DNA of 64,000 bases from Pseudomonadota bacterium (GTDB taxonomy: Bacteria; Bdellovibrionota_C; UBA2361; OMII01), in assembly GCA_041178185.1 (NCBI GenBank), contig JBEGVS010000050.1, positions 45,186 to 109,185 on the forward strand. Direction: 5' to 3'. Below the pieces are notes generated by a model. The model worked only from the letters and a program-made list of their open reading frames with translations, was not told where the DNA came from and did not search any database. Shown one piece after another: positions 48,882-61,503 of this stretch (position 1 is its first letter; each line of letters begins with the position of its first letter). Made by a program: the position numbers and the translations under genes.

Positions 48882-49046
48882 ATGCGCAGCGACTCACAAA
48901 CCGAAGAACAACGAGCGAAAGAGGAGCTTCTCAAGCTCCTGCAGGCCGAGATTGCGGCTCTGTTGTGCGCGGATCATGTACGTGAGGATGAGAAACTATC
49001 TCGAATGAAGCTAGCGCAAGCGATTATTGAAAAAGGAGAGGTCTAG
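48882..49046 (+). CDS. Small hypothetical helical protein
   Basis: 54-aa helical ORF ending 1 nt before ATG 49048; its 3' end supplies a GGAGAG RBS. Confidence 0.4.
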   Translation: MRSDSQTEEQRAKEELLKLLQAEIAALLCADHVREDEKLSRMKLAQAIIEKGEV

Positions 49047-49047
49047 G

Positions 49048-49995
49048 ATGAACAAGTTAGCCCCGATACGAGATGCAGTTGTTAAAATAGGAACTATATC
49101 CCAAACCCTCCACTCTCAGATGGCGTTACATCTTTACGCGTCTGCAGAAGAGAAGATGGGAGTGCTCCCAGTGTCTGCTATCGCGCAGCGGTTGGAGCTC
49201 GCTCGTAAAGCGCTTAACGGTGTTCTGCCTGAGCCCTCAGTAGAAAGCAGAGGGGAAGGGGATGCGCAGAGCAAGGTCCGAAGGGCCCTCCCCGATATAG
49301 TGCGGCTAACTACCTCGCTGTACTCCCAGGCCGCATCGAATACCTATGGTACCCAGAACGACGAAATGGCCCTCTCAACGCAGGAGATAAAGCACCGATT
49401 GGGATTAGCAAGTGATGTGCTCCACGGACGTGCTCCTCTGATGACAGCTGGCCTAATGGTTGAATCGTATGGGTTTGATCCTCAGACGGGGATATCGACC
49501 TTTACGATTCCGGCAGGTGTAAGTGACGATGAAGCGATGCGTGCGATCAACGCGTACTTTAGGACGTACCATTCAATCCCTTGGGGCATGCCCTTCAGGG
49601 AAGCAATTACGGCGGAGGTCTTTGAATGGTTCGCAAGTCTTGCGGATAGCTCAAACGGACTTGAGCCACTACCTTGCCGAGAGCACGGGACGGCTCGGCA
49701 CATAGCCATTCATTCAATCGCCAAGGGAACGATAGGACTAGACCTTCAGGCACAATCCGAGATGCTTCAAAAGAGCTCCCTTGTGTTCGCAGATCCTCGA
49801 GACCTCGCGATAGCCTCCGGTCTTCACGCCTGTAAGCGTAACGGCCAGGACCTATTTGCGGATCAAGAGGTGCGCTGTTCGCGCAGCGGTGTCGTTTTGT
49901 ACTGCGATTGGCGGGGTTTGCGGGTACGGTGCAACGTAGCCGACGACGCAAAAAACCTTGCTGCTGCAGGAACGCCGATAACGGTTAGCGAATAA
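49048..49995 (+). CDS. Hypothetical protein; C-terminal module paralogous to ORF 33643
   Basis: 'YGFDPQTGISTFTIPAGVSDDEAM', 'FADPRDLAIASGLHACKRNGQDLF'. Confidence 0.8.
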   Translation: MNKLAPIRDAVVKIGTISQTLHSQMALHLYASAEEKMGVLPVSAIAQRLELARKALNGVLPEPSVESRGEGDAQSKVRRALPDIVRLTTSLYSQAASNTYGTQNDEMALSTQEIKHRLGLASDVLHGRAPLMTAGLMVESYGFDPQTGISTFTIPAGVSDDEAMRAINAYFRTYHSIPWGMPFREAITAEVFEWFASLADSSNGLEPLPCREHGTARHIAIHSIAKGTIGLDLQAQSEMLQKSSLVFADPRDLAIASGLHACKRNGQDLFADQEVRCSRSGVVLYCDWRGLRVRCNVADDAKNLAAAGTPITVSE

Positions 49996-50063
49996 ACTAA
50001 TCGAAACGAACATAGGAGCCGTTGATTCATAGCGCGAGATAGCAGATTGCTCTGCTCGATAAG

Positions 50064-50879
50064 CTATTCCCCCATCGCGCGGAGCCCAACGATCTCATGT
50101 CCCCGCTGCGGTGGCAGGGGAAAGGGTGGGTTGTGAGGAGTGTTGGGCACCTCAAGGGTGTTTCTTCCCGCTGCAAGCACCTCTATCCCCGGAGTGATAG
50201 AGCTCACACGAATTCCGCCGAGTGCTGAGAGAATCGTTACCTTTCGAGTGTGTCCCGATTGGGTCGTGATTGATCCGATCTCGACATCTCCCCCTGCAAC
50301 CATGACGAGATCCGATTCGAGCGAAAGAGCGCCTGTAACGGTTATCCGTCCGGGTGAGGCGATTACGGATGCCCCAGAGGATGGGGGAAGTACCTTAATG
50401 CTTTCACCGCGGATATTTTCAAGGAGAATCACACCTCCCTTGAGGGTCGTCGGTATACCACAATCCTTGGATGCTGTGGGTGACGCCTCAAATGGATCTG
50501 TTGCGCTCGACGGAGGTATTGGACACCGTATCGCCTGAACGAATATCGCATCGTAGTCGATCCGAGTAAGGGGTAGCACGGCAGATGGAGGCGCAACCAT
50601 AAAAGGTACCTTACGCTCTCCACACACCTCATACGTCATAGTTGTCTCCTCAAGCGTAATCGCTCGTTGCTCGCACAACGGCTTGGGCTCTCCAGCAGCG
50701 AGGATCTCTCCAAGCGCATACTGCCGTAGTGTATGTGCACGCCGTATATCGCTTAACATCTGCGTCGCTTGAGTCGCATCTATCGAAAGGAGTCGGATCG
50801 TTGCAAGGATAAGGGTCAAGCCAAAGAGCGTCGTTGGCAGTGCCCATCCCTGTTGCGTACTTTCAGGGTAGCCACTCAT
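50064..50879 (-). CDS. PilX/GspK-like minor pilin
   Basis: 'QG|WALPTTLFGLTLIL' prepilin-like site lacking Glu+5, as is typical for PilX; ATGA-coupled; last gene of the cluster. Confidence 0.55.
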   Translation of the reverse strand: MSGYPESTQQGWALPTTLFGLTLILATIRLLSIDATQATQMLSDIRRAHTLRQYALGEILAAGEPKPLCEQRAITLEETTMTYEVCGERKVPFMVAPPSAVLPLTRIDYDAIFVQAIRCPIPPSSATDPFEASPTASKDCGIPTTLKGGVILLENIRGESIKVLPPSSGASVIASPGRITVTGALSLESDLVMVAGGDVEIGSITTQSGHTRKVTILSALGGIRVSSITPGIEVLAAGRNTLEVPNTPHNPPFPLPPQRGHEIVGLRAMGE

Positions 50880-51805
50880 GGTAGCGCCTCGTTCCAAAGA
50901 TTGCGTTGTGTGAGAGCGGGGATGCCGACGTGAGAGATCGGACGTGCTCCGCTGGGCTGAATCGTTAGTGTGAATATCCGTATCCCCCGAGAGCGGTTCT
51001 CCTCTTGGATCGTGATGAGATCGACGCCACGAGTGACCGGTTGGTTCTCAAGGATAGTCGCGCCGGTATGAGACGCGAGTCGGAGATTAGCGATCCGGTC
51101 AACAAAGAGGGAGTATTCCCGATCGATCGGCACGAAGGTCAGCGGGCGAGAGGGGAAGGACGTTTGGGCAGAGACGATCCCGCTGATAGACGAGCCGGTG
51201 AGTCGAGCGCATGTTGAGGTTATGGCTACAACCTCGCCAACAACCTGCCGCGCTCCCTCAAGAGTAAAGAGGAGGTAGCTCTTAAAGGCACCACTCGCTA
51301 TGCGAGAGGGAAGTCCGCATACTGTCGCCTGAATAGTACTACCCGAGATAGTCGCAGCGGTGACCGTGCCTCGGTAGCGAGTATCAATATCGATTAGGGT
51401 GAGGATATCCGACTCAGGTGAGGGACCTGATAAACTCGAGATAGCTGCGAGTGGATGGCGAGCTCCATTCATAAGGCGTAATGAACGGCCCGACGTGATG
51501 TGGGCACCGAAGGGTTGCCGATTTCGGTCCAGCGAAAAGAGTCCGCCAGTTATCACCCCGATCACCTTTGCTCCCACAAGCCTGCCATGTATCTCGCGAT
51601 TGAGGGTTGCAGCAGTAGACGAGACTCGGGCGCTCAAAAAGGCGCAGCTCACGAGCACGAGGCTACCCAATAAAAGTCCCCACAGGGCATCAAGGGCCAC
51701 GAAGCCCCCTTCTTTAGCGCTGAGCGCGAAAAATGTACGTTCCACACCGACACTCCGACATAGTGAGACCTGTTGCACATGTGGGTTGCTCGCACTGAGG
51801 TTCAA
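50876..51805 (-). CDS. PilW-like minor pilin
   Basis: 'EGG|FVALDALWGLLLGSLVL' (Asp at +5); true start probably GTG 51745. Confidence 0.55.
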   Translation of the reverse strand: MNLSASNPHVQQVSLCRSVGVERTFFALSAKEGGFVALDALWGLLLGSLVLVSCAFLSARVSSTAATLNREIHGRLVGAKVIGVITGGLFSLDRNRQPFGAHITSGRSLRLMNGARHPLAAISSLSGPSPESDILTLIDIDTRYRGTVTAATISGSTIQATVCGLPSRIASGAFKSYLLFTLEGARQVVGEVVAITSTCARLTGSSISGIVSAQTSFPSRPLTFVPIDREYSLFVDRIANLRLASHTGATILENQPVTRGVDLITIQEENRSRGIRIFTLTIQPSGARPISHVGIPALTQRNLWNEALP

Positions 51806-51947
51806 GAAGGGAGCGTTGAAGTGCCGTCATGCGAAGCGCCCGATGAAGAAACCAGATCGTGCTACTCGCGGCGACCGTGACGAGCAGCATTGCAACGAGC
51901 GCCTCGATCATAATGATCCCTCTTTGGCCAGTATCCCGTCCCCTCAT
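51714..51947 (-). CDS. PilV-like minor pilin
   Basis: 'QRG|IIMIEALVAMLL' (Glu+5); ATG 51947 overlaps the fimT-like TGA. Confidence 0.65.
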   Translation of the reverse strand: MRGRDTGQRGIIMIEALVAMLLVTVAASSTIWFLHRALRMTALQRSLLEPQCEQPTCATGLTMSECRCGTYIFRAQR

Positions 51948-52363
51948 GCACATTCCAGTCGTGTTCGACCCCGTAGCGAAACGATGACGGAGCACCGGTA
52001 CGAGGGTCCCAGGACCTCGATCGTAGCTGGTGAAGCGGTATGTGAGGGATACAAGACCAGAGAGCTGTCCTGGTTCCCTTTGATGCGCGCTGTAATGGAT
52101 GCGGGGAGGGGATGCGAGAAGAGTGGTGCCGTAGTGGCGGAGGTTGCGATTATCTGGCTAGGAAGGAACTGGACGGATACGGGAACCGAGCGTACAACAG
52201 CCAGCGTATAAGCACGCTCCACTACCAATTGCACGGCGCGTGCCTCACGACGAACGGCGTGTCGCGGTATCCATTCGGCGAGGGACGGCAGTGCGATCGC
52301 CACAACGGAAGCGATCATTGACACCCCTAGGAGCATTTCGATCAGTGAGAAGCCTCGTTCCAT
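51944..52363 (-). CDS. FimT/GspH-like pseudopilin
   Basis: 'MERG|FSLIEMLLGVSMIASVVAIALPSL', 'ARAVQLVVERAYTLAV'. Confidence 0.8.
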   Translation of the reverse strand: MERGFSLIEMLLGVSMIASVVAIALPSLAEWIPRHAVRREARAVQLVVERAYTLAVVRSVPVSVQFLPSQIIATSATTAPLFSHPLPASITARIKGNQDSSLVLYPSHTASPATIEVLGPSYRCSVIVSLRGRTRLECA

Positions 52364-52370
52364 GAGGGCT

Positions 52371-52378
52371 GTATCGGC
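52371..52378 (-). promoter_or_regulatory. Sigma28-like -10 element before the fimT-like gene
   Basis: GCCGATAC 7 nt upstream of the ATG; -35 is weak. Confidence 0.3.
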
Positions 52379-52405
52379 GCCTGATGCGATCTGTTGCGTG
52401 CTTCC

Positions 52406-53221
52406 TTACCCGATAAGGGAGAGTGCCTTGCCGGCGGTGAGCGGAGTTATTTGCTGAATCATCGATACCTGATACTGCAGCAGTGCCTTAGCCGCAGTTG
52501 CCTCGACCACGGCAGAGGATAGATCGGCATCCCTAATCTGAGAGAGGGATGCAGTCTGCGCGAGGGTCTGGGTAGAGAGGGTGTTCTGCATGGAGTCGAG
52601 CCGTGACATCGGTGCCCCTATGAACTGAGTCCGTTGAGATATGAGGTCCTGTGAAAATTGACCGACCGTCGACATCGCCGCTTGGGCCCCGGCCTGCGTG
52701 CTTATGTCCTGCGAGGTCGCTGCGCTGGAGAGCTCTGCAAGATTGATTCCCCCGACTTGCAGGGAATCCCCACCTGAGCCGATCTGCACGCTCATGGTCG
52801 AGCCATCGAGAAGGTTCTTTCCGTTGAAGGTGGTGGTCTGCCCGATCCGTTGAATCTCTTGAGACAGAGCCGTATATTCAGCCTGCAGAGCGCTACGCTG
52901 TTGGTCACTGTAGGTCCCATTGGCGGCCATGGTAGCCAATTCCTGCATCCTTATCGTAATGTCCGACACCTGCCCGAGGGCGCCGTCGGCGATGGAGAGC
53001 GCAGAGCCGGCATCGCTCACGTTACGAGAGGCTTGGCTCATTTGGGCGATAGTGGCGTCGAGGTTTGCAGCCAAGGCCAGCCCAGCTGGGTCATCAGAGG
53101 CATTATTAATTCGTAATCCTGAAGACAAGCGCGACAGTGCACGATTGAGCGAGGTTGCAGTCCTCGAGAGATTGTTTGGTGATCCCAGGTTGATCCCTAT
53201 GGCGGAGAGACCGAAGGGCAT
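52406..53221 (-). CDS. Short, atypical flagellin
   Basis: 'RLSSGLRINNASDDPAGLA', 'ASRNVSDAGSALSIADGAL', 'RMQELATMAANGTYS', 'TTFNGKNLLDG', 'IRDAD'; AGGAG RBS. Confidence 0.88.
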   Translation of the reverse strand: MPFGLSAIGINLGSPNNLSRTATSLNRALSRLSSGLRINNASDDPAGLALAANLDATIAQMSQASRNVSDAGSALSIADGALGQVSDITIRMQELATMAANGTYSDQQRSALQAEYTALSQEIQRIGQTTTFNGKNLLDGSTMSVQIGSGGDSLQVGGINLAELSSAATSQDISTQAGAQAAMSTVGQFSQDLISQRTQFIGAPMSRLDSMQNTLSTQTLAQTASLSQIRDADLSSAVVEATAAKALLQYQVSMIQQITPLTAGKALSLIG

Positions 53222-53473
53222 ACAGCTACTCCTGACCGGGAGCGCACGAAGACCTACTCCCTGCTGGTCGAGTCGGTCCAGATTGGCAAAACCGATAGGG
53301 TGTGGCGCTAAATAGTGACTAAATTCTCACACAGTTCCCTTCGCTCGTGAATGTAGCGAGGGTTTGTACGAGGATGCCGTATCTCTCCGATACGAAAAAC
53401 TAGTGATGGTTTCTTTGGTTGGATGCTAGGTGCCTACGTGTCACGGAATCGCTCTCGCGAGTGGCAACCCTGG

Positions 53474-53929
53474 TTACTCGATGTGCGTAGGCATCTCTTC
53501 CGGAATTCCCAAGATGTCTCTGAAGCGTTTGCGAAGATACACCTCGATGCCATCCACGACGCCGTTGCAACGGATGAGGTTATCGATTACTTGGGCGATC
53601 GCTCGTTTGGAGGCTATATCGAGGGAGTCTCGTAAGATCTCCGCCGCTGAGGAGCTTCCTCGCATGCTGGAAAGTTGTGCCTTAGCTCGATTCATAAGGC
53701 CGTTTGCAGTTTCATCAGAGACCCTGAAGAGCCCTTTGAGTGCGTTAAGAATCACGGTGCGTTCAAATTTATCAACAACGTTGTCCGACGATGCGATCTC
53801 TATGAGAACCACAGCCGCAGCGAGCGCTATCTCATCTTTGCTGCGAAGAGGACCGGATGGTTTGAGGCCCTGCATGCGCGTCATGAGCGCTTCAACGGTG
53901 TGCGAAGAGTTGTTGTTGTTCTTGTTCAT
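53474..53929 (-). CDS. TerB-like family protein
   Basis: 'AAAVVLIEIASSDNVVDKFERTVI' and 'LIRCNGVVDGIE' TerB-type repeated motifs. Confidence 0.8.
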   Translation of the reverse strand: MNKNNNNSSHTVEALMTRMQGLKPSGPLRSKDEIALAAAVVLIEIASSDNVVDKFERTVILNALKGLFRVSDETANGLMNRAKAQLSSMRGSSSAAEILRDSLDIASKRAIAQVIDNLIRCNGVVDGIEVYLRKRFRDILGIPEEMPTHIE

Positions 53930-54949
53930 AGGTGCATGACCGCCCGGATATTCCTTTCTCTGGGGATATGGCAGCTCGCTTGGGATATGTGCTGTAGGAA
54001 TCAGTAAAATTCAGGCGGGGATTGAAATATTAGTAAAAACAGCTGGTTGCATCGCGTTTAGATCTCGGGATTAGAGATCTTTCACAAAACCACCAGTGCT
54101 CTAGGGGCCTTTGTAACCATTTTCTGCCTCGTTTTCTGAATCGTGAAGGAGGAATTAGATTGAAGGGCCGGTAGTCATCTGACACTATGATCGAATCATG
54201 GAAATCACGATTTATCCCTATTGCGTTAAACACGACTCCACCAAGGTGGGGCTCCGTGCGCTTTGGGAGCGATCGGCTTTCCGCTCTTGATACTCGAAAG
54301 AGTTCATGAGTCCCCTGAGAAAGCCCGACGTTCACAAAGAGCGGGTTTTCAGAGGGACAACATCTTGAAAATCCAATCTTAAAAATTCGACGGACTATCG
54401 GGACTTCTCTCGGGAACAGGATACAGCTGCTGCTGTGGGCCGGCCTCCGGACGCGCATCTGCCCACCACCCTTCGCACCAAAACGCGGAGGTTTGTGGGG
54501 ATTAAGGGGCGGCTCTTCATCCTGTGACGGTGGTTGATCCAGGAGGTGGGCGGTTTTTGTGGGACAGAGGGGCGCACATTCATACGCACATTGCACTGAA
54601 TTTGATGTGTGAGGTGCATGAATACTAGCGAAAACCCACGTTTTTCCGGGGTTTTTTGAAGTTTTTACGGGTAGACGCGGGTACATGGTGCGTCCGCCCA
54701 AAAATAGCCAGCCCCCCGAGAAAGGGGTTCGGAGTGTCAAATTAAACGAATGGCGCTGTTCGGGTTCGATGAATTTGACACTGATTTGCGAGCTCGTGGC
54801 GGGAAGACTATTCAGTAATTGTTTCTGGAATGAAACCAGGTGGCAATTTCAGGAATAGGAGCAGTTGGTCAGCGAGAGGTAAGGCAAGGATGCCGGAATA
54901 AGCTGATAAACGGGGCACAGAAGTTAGAACGAGAGTTAAGGAGGACGCT

Positions 54950-55471
54950 ATGAGAGACTTGAAGTTATATTTCGAAGTAGGACAGCTGACCGAGGTTACT
55001 TTCTGCGATGGAGTCAGCGGAGATGTCCGTCGGAGTATTCGAGGCAAGAGTGGCGGGGCCTACCGTTCCGCTGGCTCGTTTCAGTGGACCTCTGCGGTGC
55101 GCGGACTCGCGCTCCTTGCGGTGCGCGCGGTAAGTGACCTCGAGGAGCCGTTCATCAAAGGATGTGCGGGCTCACTTGCGGCGAGTCTCGACTACGCTAT
55201 CTCGAAGCAACCAGTTTGGTTGACGGAGATGTTTGGATGTGACCAGTCCGGCATCTCTCTCATCCGTCGCATGGTGCTTAGGACAAATCCTGAGAGAAAG
55301 CGGCCAGGCCCGACGGTTCTCTCTATCAACGAGAGGTTTATGCCGTTAGGGGCGATCTCTATCATCGTTGATGGAGTGAAGGCCTCTCGAGAGCAGCTGG
55401 TGGTATTGGGTGCGGCGTTAGCCGAGGAGATTGCCATCCCAGCTCAAGAGACCTTGGCGCAGGCCGCGTAG
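54950..55471 (+). CDS. Hypothetical protein
   Basis: Strong GAGGA RBS before ATG; 173-aa ORF; no family recognised. Confidence 0.65.
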   Translation: MRDLKLYFEVGQLTEVTFCDGVSGDVRRSIRGKSGGAYRSAGSFQWTSAVRGLALLAVRAVSDLEEPFIKGCAGSLAASLDYAISKQPVWLTEMFGCDQSGISLIRRMVLRTNPERKRPGPTVLSINERFMPLGAISIIVDGVKASREQLVVLGAALAEEIAIPAQETLAQAA

Positions 55472-55557
55472 GTGTGGTGCGGGGCGGGGGACTACCCCGC
55501 CCCTGCTCTGCCTACAGAGAGAGGTGTGGGTAGGCGCAAGAACCACGAAGCTCGTTG

Positions 55558-56361
55558 CTAATTTCCTAGCACAAGTTGGCGATACGGAGCCCATTCGGGC
55601 TCGTTGGAGAAAACCCAGCGGTAGTACTCCTTCATTTGCAACCACTCTGCCGCAGCTTCATCCACGATTACGGTGCAGCGACAGTGCATCTGCAGAGCGC
55701 TCGCGGTAACAACCGCGGTTATCGGACCCTCTACCGCTTTAAGAATTATCTCAGCTTTACTGGATCCGGTTGCGAGCAGGATAGCCCATCGACTTTCCAG
55801 GACGGTTCCTACCCCCATCGTCATGGCACGGGTTGGTACCTCATCGAGTGATCCGAAGGCTGGCGCGTTCTGTCTGCGGGTCTCAGGCGTGAGTGCTTTC
55901 GTGCGAGTGCGGGACGCGAGCGAAGAGAGCGGCTCATTAAAGGCTAGGTGCCCATTCAATCCGATACCCAAGAGCTGAAGATCAATGCCACCTGCGGAGG
56001 CGATGGCGCGCTCATAGCGAACACACTCCGCGTCAAGGTCTTGAGCCATTCCGTCTGGAAGATGGGTGTTCTCTTTCTTGATGTTGACCTTTGAAAAGAG
56101 GTCTCGCTCCATGCACGCGCGAAAGGATTGAGGGTGCGAAACCGGAATACCGATATATTCATCGAGGTTGAAGGTTGTAACACCAGAGAAGTCGAGGCCC
56201 GCTTCTTTGTGGAGTTGGGCTAAGCGAGCGTAGACACCTTCGGGCGTTCTGCCCGTTGCAAGTCCAAGAACAGCATTCGGCTTTGCTTTCACGGTGTCAG
56301 CCATAAGCTGAGCGGTGAGGAGATTCGCGCGTTCGGCAGAGGGGCAGATGATGACTTCCAT
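55558..56361 (-). CDS. nagB: Glucosamine-6-phosphate deaminase
   Basis: 'LGLATGRTP', 'TFNLDEY', 'IDLQLLGIGLNGHLAFNEP', 'AMTMGVGTV'. Confidence 0.97.
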   Translation of the reverse strand: MEVIICPSAERANLLTAQLMADTVKAKPNAVLGLATGRTPEGVYARLAQLHKEAGLDFSGVTTFNLDEYIGIPVSHPQSFRACMERDLFSKVNIKKENTHLPDGMAQDLDAECVRYERAIASAGGIDLQLLGIGLNGHLAFNEPLSSLASRTRTKALTPETRRQNAPAFGSLDEVPTRAMTMGVGTVLESRWAILLATGSSKAEIILKAVEGPITAVVTASALQMHCRCTVIVDEAAAEWLQMKEYYRWVFSNEPEWAPYRQLVLGN

Positions 56362-56538
56362 GGCCGGCAGTATAGCGGGAATGGCGTCCCAGGGCGAGTT
56401 TTTGAATCACACCAGAGGATGGAATAGGAGGGGCTAGAAAAAAGGGGCGGTTAGGGATGCGGGGCGGATGCCGAAAGGGGGCTGCTCAAAGAGAACGGCG
56501 CACGCGCAGGCGCAGCATGCGCAAGGTGTGCAGAAGGG

Positions 56539-59364
<2,826 letters not shown>

Positions 59365-59386
59365 ATCCCGGGCGATACCGGGATCT

Positions 59387-59839
59387 ATGAAACAACTATG
59401 GATCGTGATCGCTACATGCGCGTTCGCTCTGCCGAGCTATGCGGATGATGTGTGGGTACAGGTGCGGGAGTCGCGTCTTCGCAGCAAACCGCTCTTCTAC
59501 GCTTCAACTATCTCCTCTGTTCGTTACGGACAGCGGCTCCCAAAAATGGGAGAGGAGAACGGATGGGTGTCTGTTCGTGCGGGTGGTCAACAGGGATATC
59601 TTCCGCTCTCGGCAGTATCTTCAAAAACCATCGTTTTCTCGACCGCCGACGCCGTGAAATCTCAAGCTGATCCCACTGAGCTCGTACTCGCCGGTAAGGG
59701 TTTTAGCAAAGAGATCGAGCAGAGCCTTCAAAAGCAGGATGGAAGCGCTCGATACGACCTCGTTGATCGTGTTGAGCGGCAGGCTAACGCCTCGCCCGCC
59801 GAGGTCGCGCAGTTCATAAAGCAGGGAGGGCTGAAGTAA
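59387..59839 (+). CDS. Exported SH3-like domain protein
   Basis: Signal peptide; 'LRSKP...GWVSVRAGGQQGYLPLSAV'; 'AGKGFSKEIE'. Confidence 0.75.
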   Translation: MKQLWIVIATCAFALPSYADDVWVQVRESRLRSKPLFYASTISSVRYGQRLPKMGEENGWVSVRAGGQQGYLPLSAVSSKTIVFSTADAVKSQADPTELVLAGKGFSKEIEQSLQKQDGSARYDLVDRVERQANASPAEVAQFIKQGGLK

Positions 59840-59840
59840 G

Positions 59841-60758
59841 ATGAAGCACCTCACCCGTCTCCTTACCGTTTCCGTTTCTGGTGCGCTCCTTGTAGGGTGT
59901 GCTACTACCTCGCTCGATCAGATAGGGGCGAACGCACTTGCAGCAACGGGATATGTTGATCCAACGCAAGCCCAGGGGCTTTTCTCTGCTGGTCGCAAGG
60001 TGGTCGCCTCCCAAGAGGAGCTTACCTCTGAGCAGGAGTACTACCTCGGTCGAGCGGTATCGGCTAAGCTCCTGAACTCCTATCCACCCAAACTTGATGG
60101 TGCAAAAACAAGGTACCTGAACGAGATCGGCATGACGCTCGTGAGCGTCTCTGATGCTCCAGAAACCTTTGGCGGCTTCCACTTCGCTGTAATCGAGTCT
60201 CCAACTATCAACGCTATGTCAGCACCGGGAGGCTTCGTCTACCTCTCGTCGGGATTTATGAACCTGCTTCCAGATGAGGATGCGCTCGCTGCTGTCCTCG
60301 CTCATGAAATAGCGCACGTTGTTAAAAAAGACGGTGCACATGCTATCTCAAACGCGAAGCTCTTTTCTGCGCTCTCGGAGGCTTCGGCGCAAGGCGCTTC
60401 GATTGCGGCAGGACAGGTTGGGGCCCCTGAGCTCTCTATCCTGACTACCGCGCTCTCTGACAGCGTTGACGGTGTGATGGAGAAGCTTCTTACGAAGGGT
60501 TTTGATAGATCGCAAGAGTACCGCGCCGATCTCTACGCGGCACAGCTTCTCCAAAGAGCTGGATACGATCCCTCTGCGCTCGTCCGAGTTTTAAAGATCC
60601 TTGAAGCGCAGACTGGCAAGGATACCGGTGGATGGTTCGCTACACATCCCGCTCCCGTCGATCGTATTGAGGAGCTGCAAGATGAATTCACCTTCAGCGC
60701 TGGTGCAGCAGAGCCACACTCTCGAACGGCTCGGTTTAAAAAGATAGTCGGTCGTTAG
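59841..60758 (+). CDS. M48-family metallopeptidase lipoprotein
   Basis: Lipobox 'LVGC'; 'INAMSAPGGFVY', 'LAHEIAH', 'QEYRAD', 'THPAPVDRI'. Confidence 0.92.
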   Translation: MKHLTRLLTVSVSGALLVGCATTSLDQIGANALAATGYVDPTQAQGLFSAGRKVVASQEELTSEQEYYLGRAVSAKLLNSYPPKLDGAKTRYLNEIGMTLVSVSDAPETFGGFHFAVIESPTINAMSAPGGFVYLSSGFMNLLPDEDALAAVLAHEIAHVVKKDGAHAISNAKLFSALSEASAQGASIAAGQVGAPELSILTTALSDSVDGVMEKLLTKGFDRSQEYRADLYAAQLLQRAGYDPSALVRVLKILEAQTGKDTGGWFATHPAPVDRIEELQDEFTFSAGAAEPHSRTARFKKIVGR

Positions 60759-60806
60759 CCTGCCGTCCTTGCTCGCTGAAATACCGGGCATTTGAGATGA
60801 GGTTCG

Positions 60807-61445
60807 CTACACCCGCATCTCCGCCTCTCTTCCCATGTGTTTGAGCTGACGATTCACCATCTCGTTAAATAGACTGAAGAGGCCCTGATAGGTCGGGATT
60901 TTGTGTGCACAACCTGATACCACGGCGTTGAGGGTAAGGAGGTGAGCGACCGATTCGACGGTGCTCAGGTATCCACCCTTTGGAGGTTTGCGAATTCGAT
61001 AGGTCGAGATCATGGGCTTTCGAAAGGAGATACGTTGAACCGAATGCAGCACCGGATTTCGGTATACGATCTTCTGCGCTTCGTCCCAGGTACCATCTAT
61101 GACGATAACCCGAGAGCGGGACGAGAGAGCAACCTCTTCGCAATCGACTGCGTCCTTGCCGGGATAGAGCAGGAAGGTCTCGTGAGAAGCGATTGCGGCG
61201 TGTAATGTTTCAGGCGAAAACTCAACCCCTCTCCAAACATTCACGTTCGTTATGGAGCTCCGTACGAGCTTTGCGGTCGAGTAATACTTTCGCCATTCGT
61301 TTGGATGTTGCAAGAGAAGGAGATTTGTATGTGCCTCAAACGGTTTTAGGTAGCCACACAAGCATTGGGCCACAGGCCGAAAGCAAGCGTAGCAGGTGGC
61401 TCGCGCCTCGGTGATAGTGTGGGTTGGTTGCCCTCTTTGTTGCAC
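60807..61445 (-). CDS. DTW-domain tRNA-uridine aminocarboxypropyltransferase
   Basis: 'CYAC...CLC', 'LLQHPNE', 'LLYPG', 'VIDGTW', 'LSTVES'. Confidence 0.9.
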   Translation of the reverse strand: MQQRGQPTHTITEARATCYACFRPVAQCLCGYLKPFEAHTNLLLLQHPNEWRKYYSTAKLVRSSITNVNVWRGVEFSPETLHAAIASHETFLLYPGKDAVDCEEVALSSRSRVIVIDGTWDEAQKIVYRNPVLHSVQRISFRKPMISTYRIRKPPKGGYLSTVESVAHLLTLNAVVSGCAHKIPTYQGLFSLFNEMVNRQLKHMGREAEMRV

Positions 61446-61503
61446 GTAATTCCTCTCTCTATAAGGGTAGGTAGCCTGAGGCCGGTCGTTCGGTCAAGGC
61501 CGC

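Noticed and set aside
53909-53926. AAC-rich stretch in the TerB-like gene as a possible DGR template repeat
   Set aside because: It is a short in-frame Asn run with no similarity to the VR-like segment at 34351-34491
54030-54740. 236-aa minus-strand ORF
   Set aside because: No RBS or motif, and composition is typical of a non-coding frame
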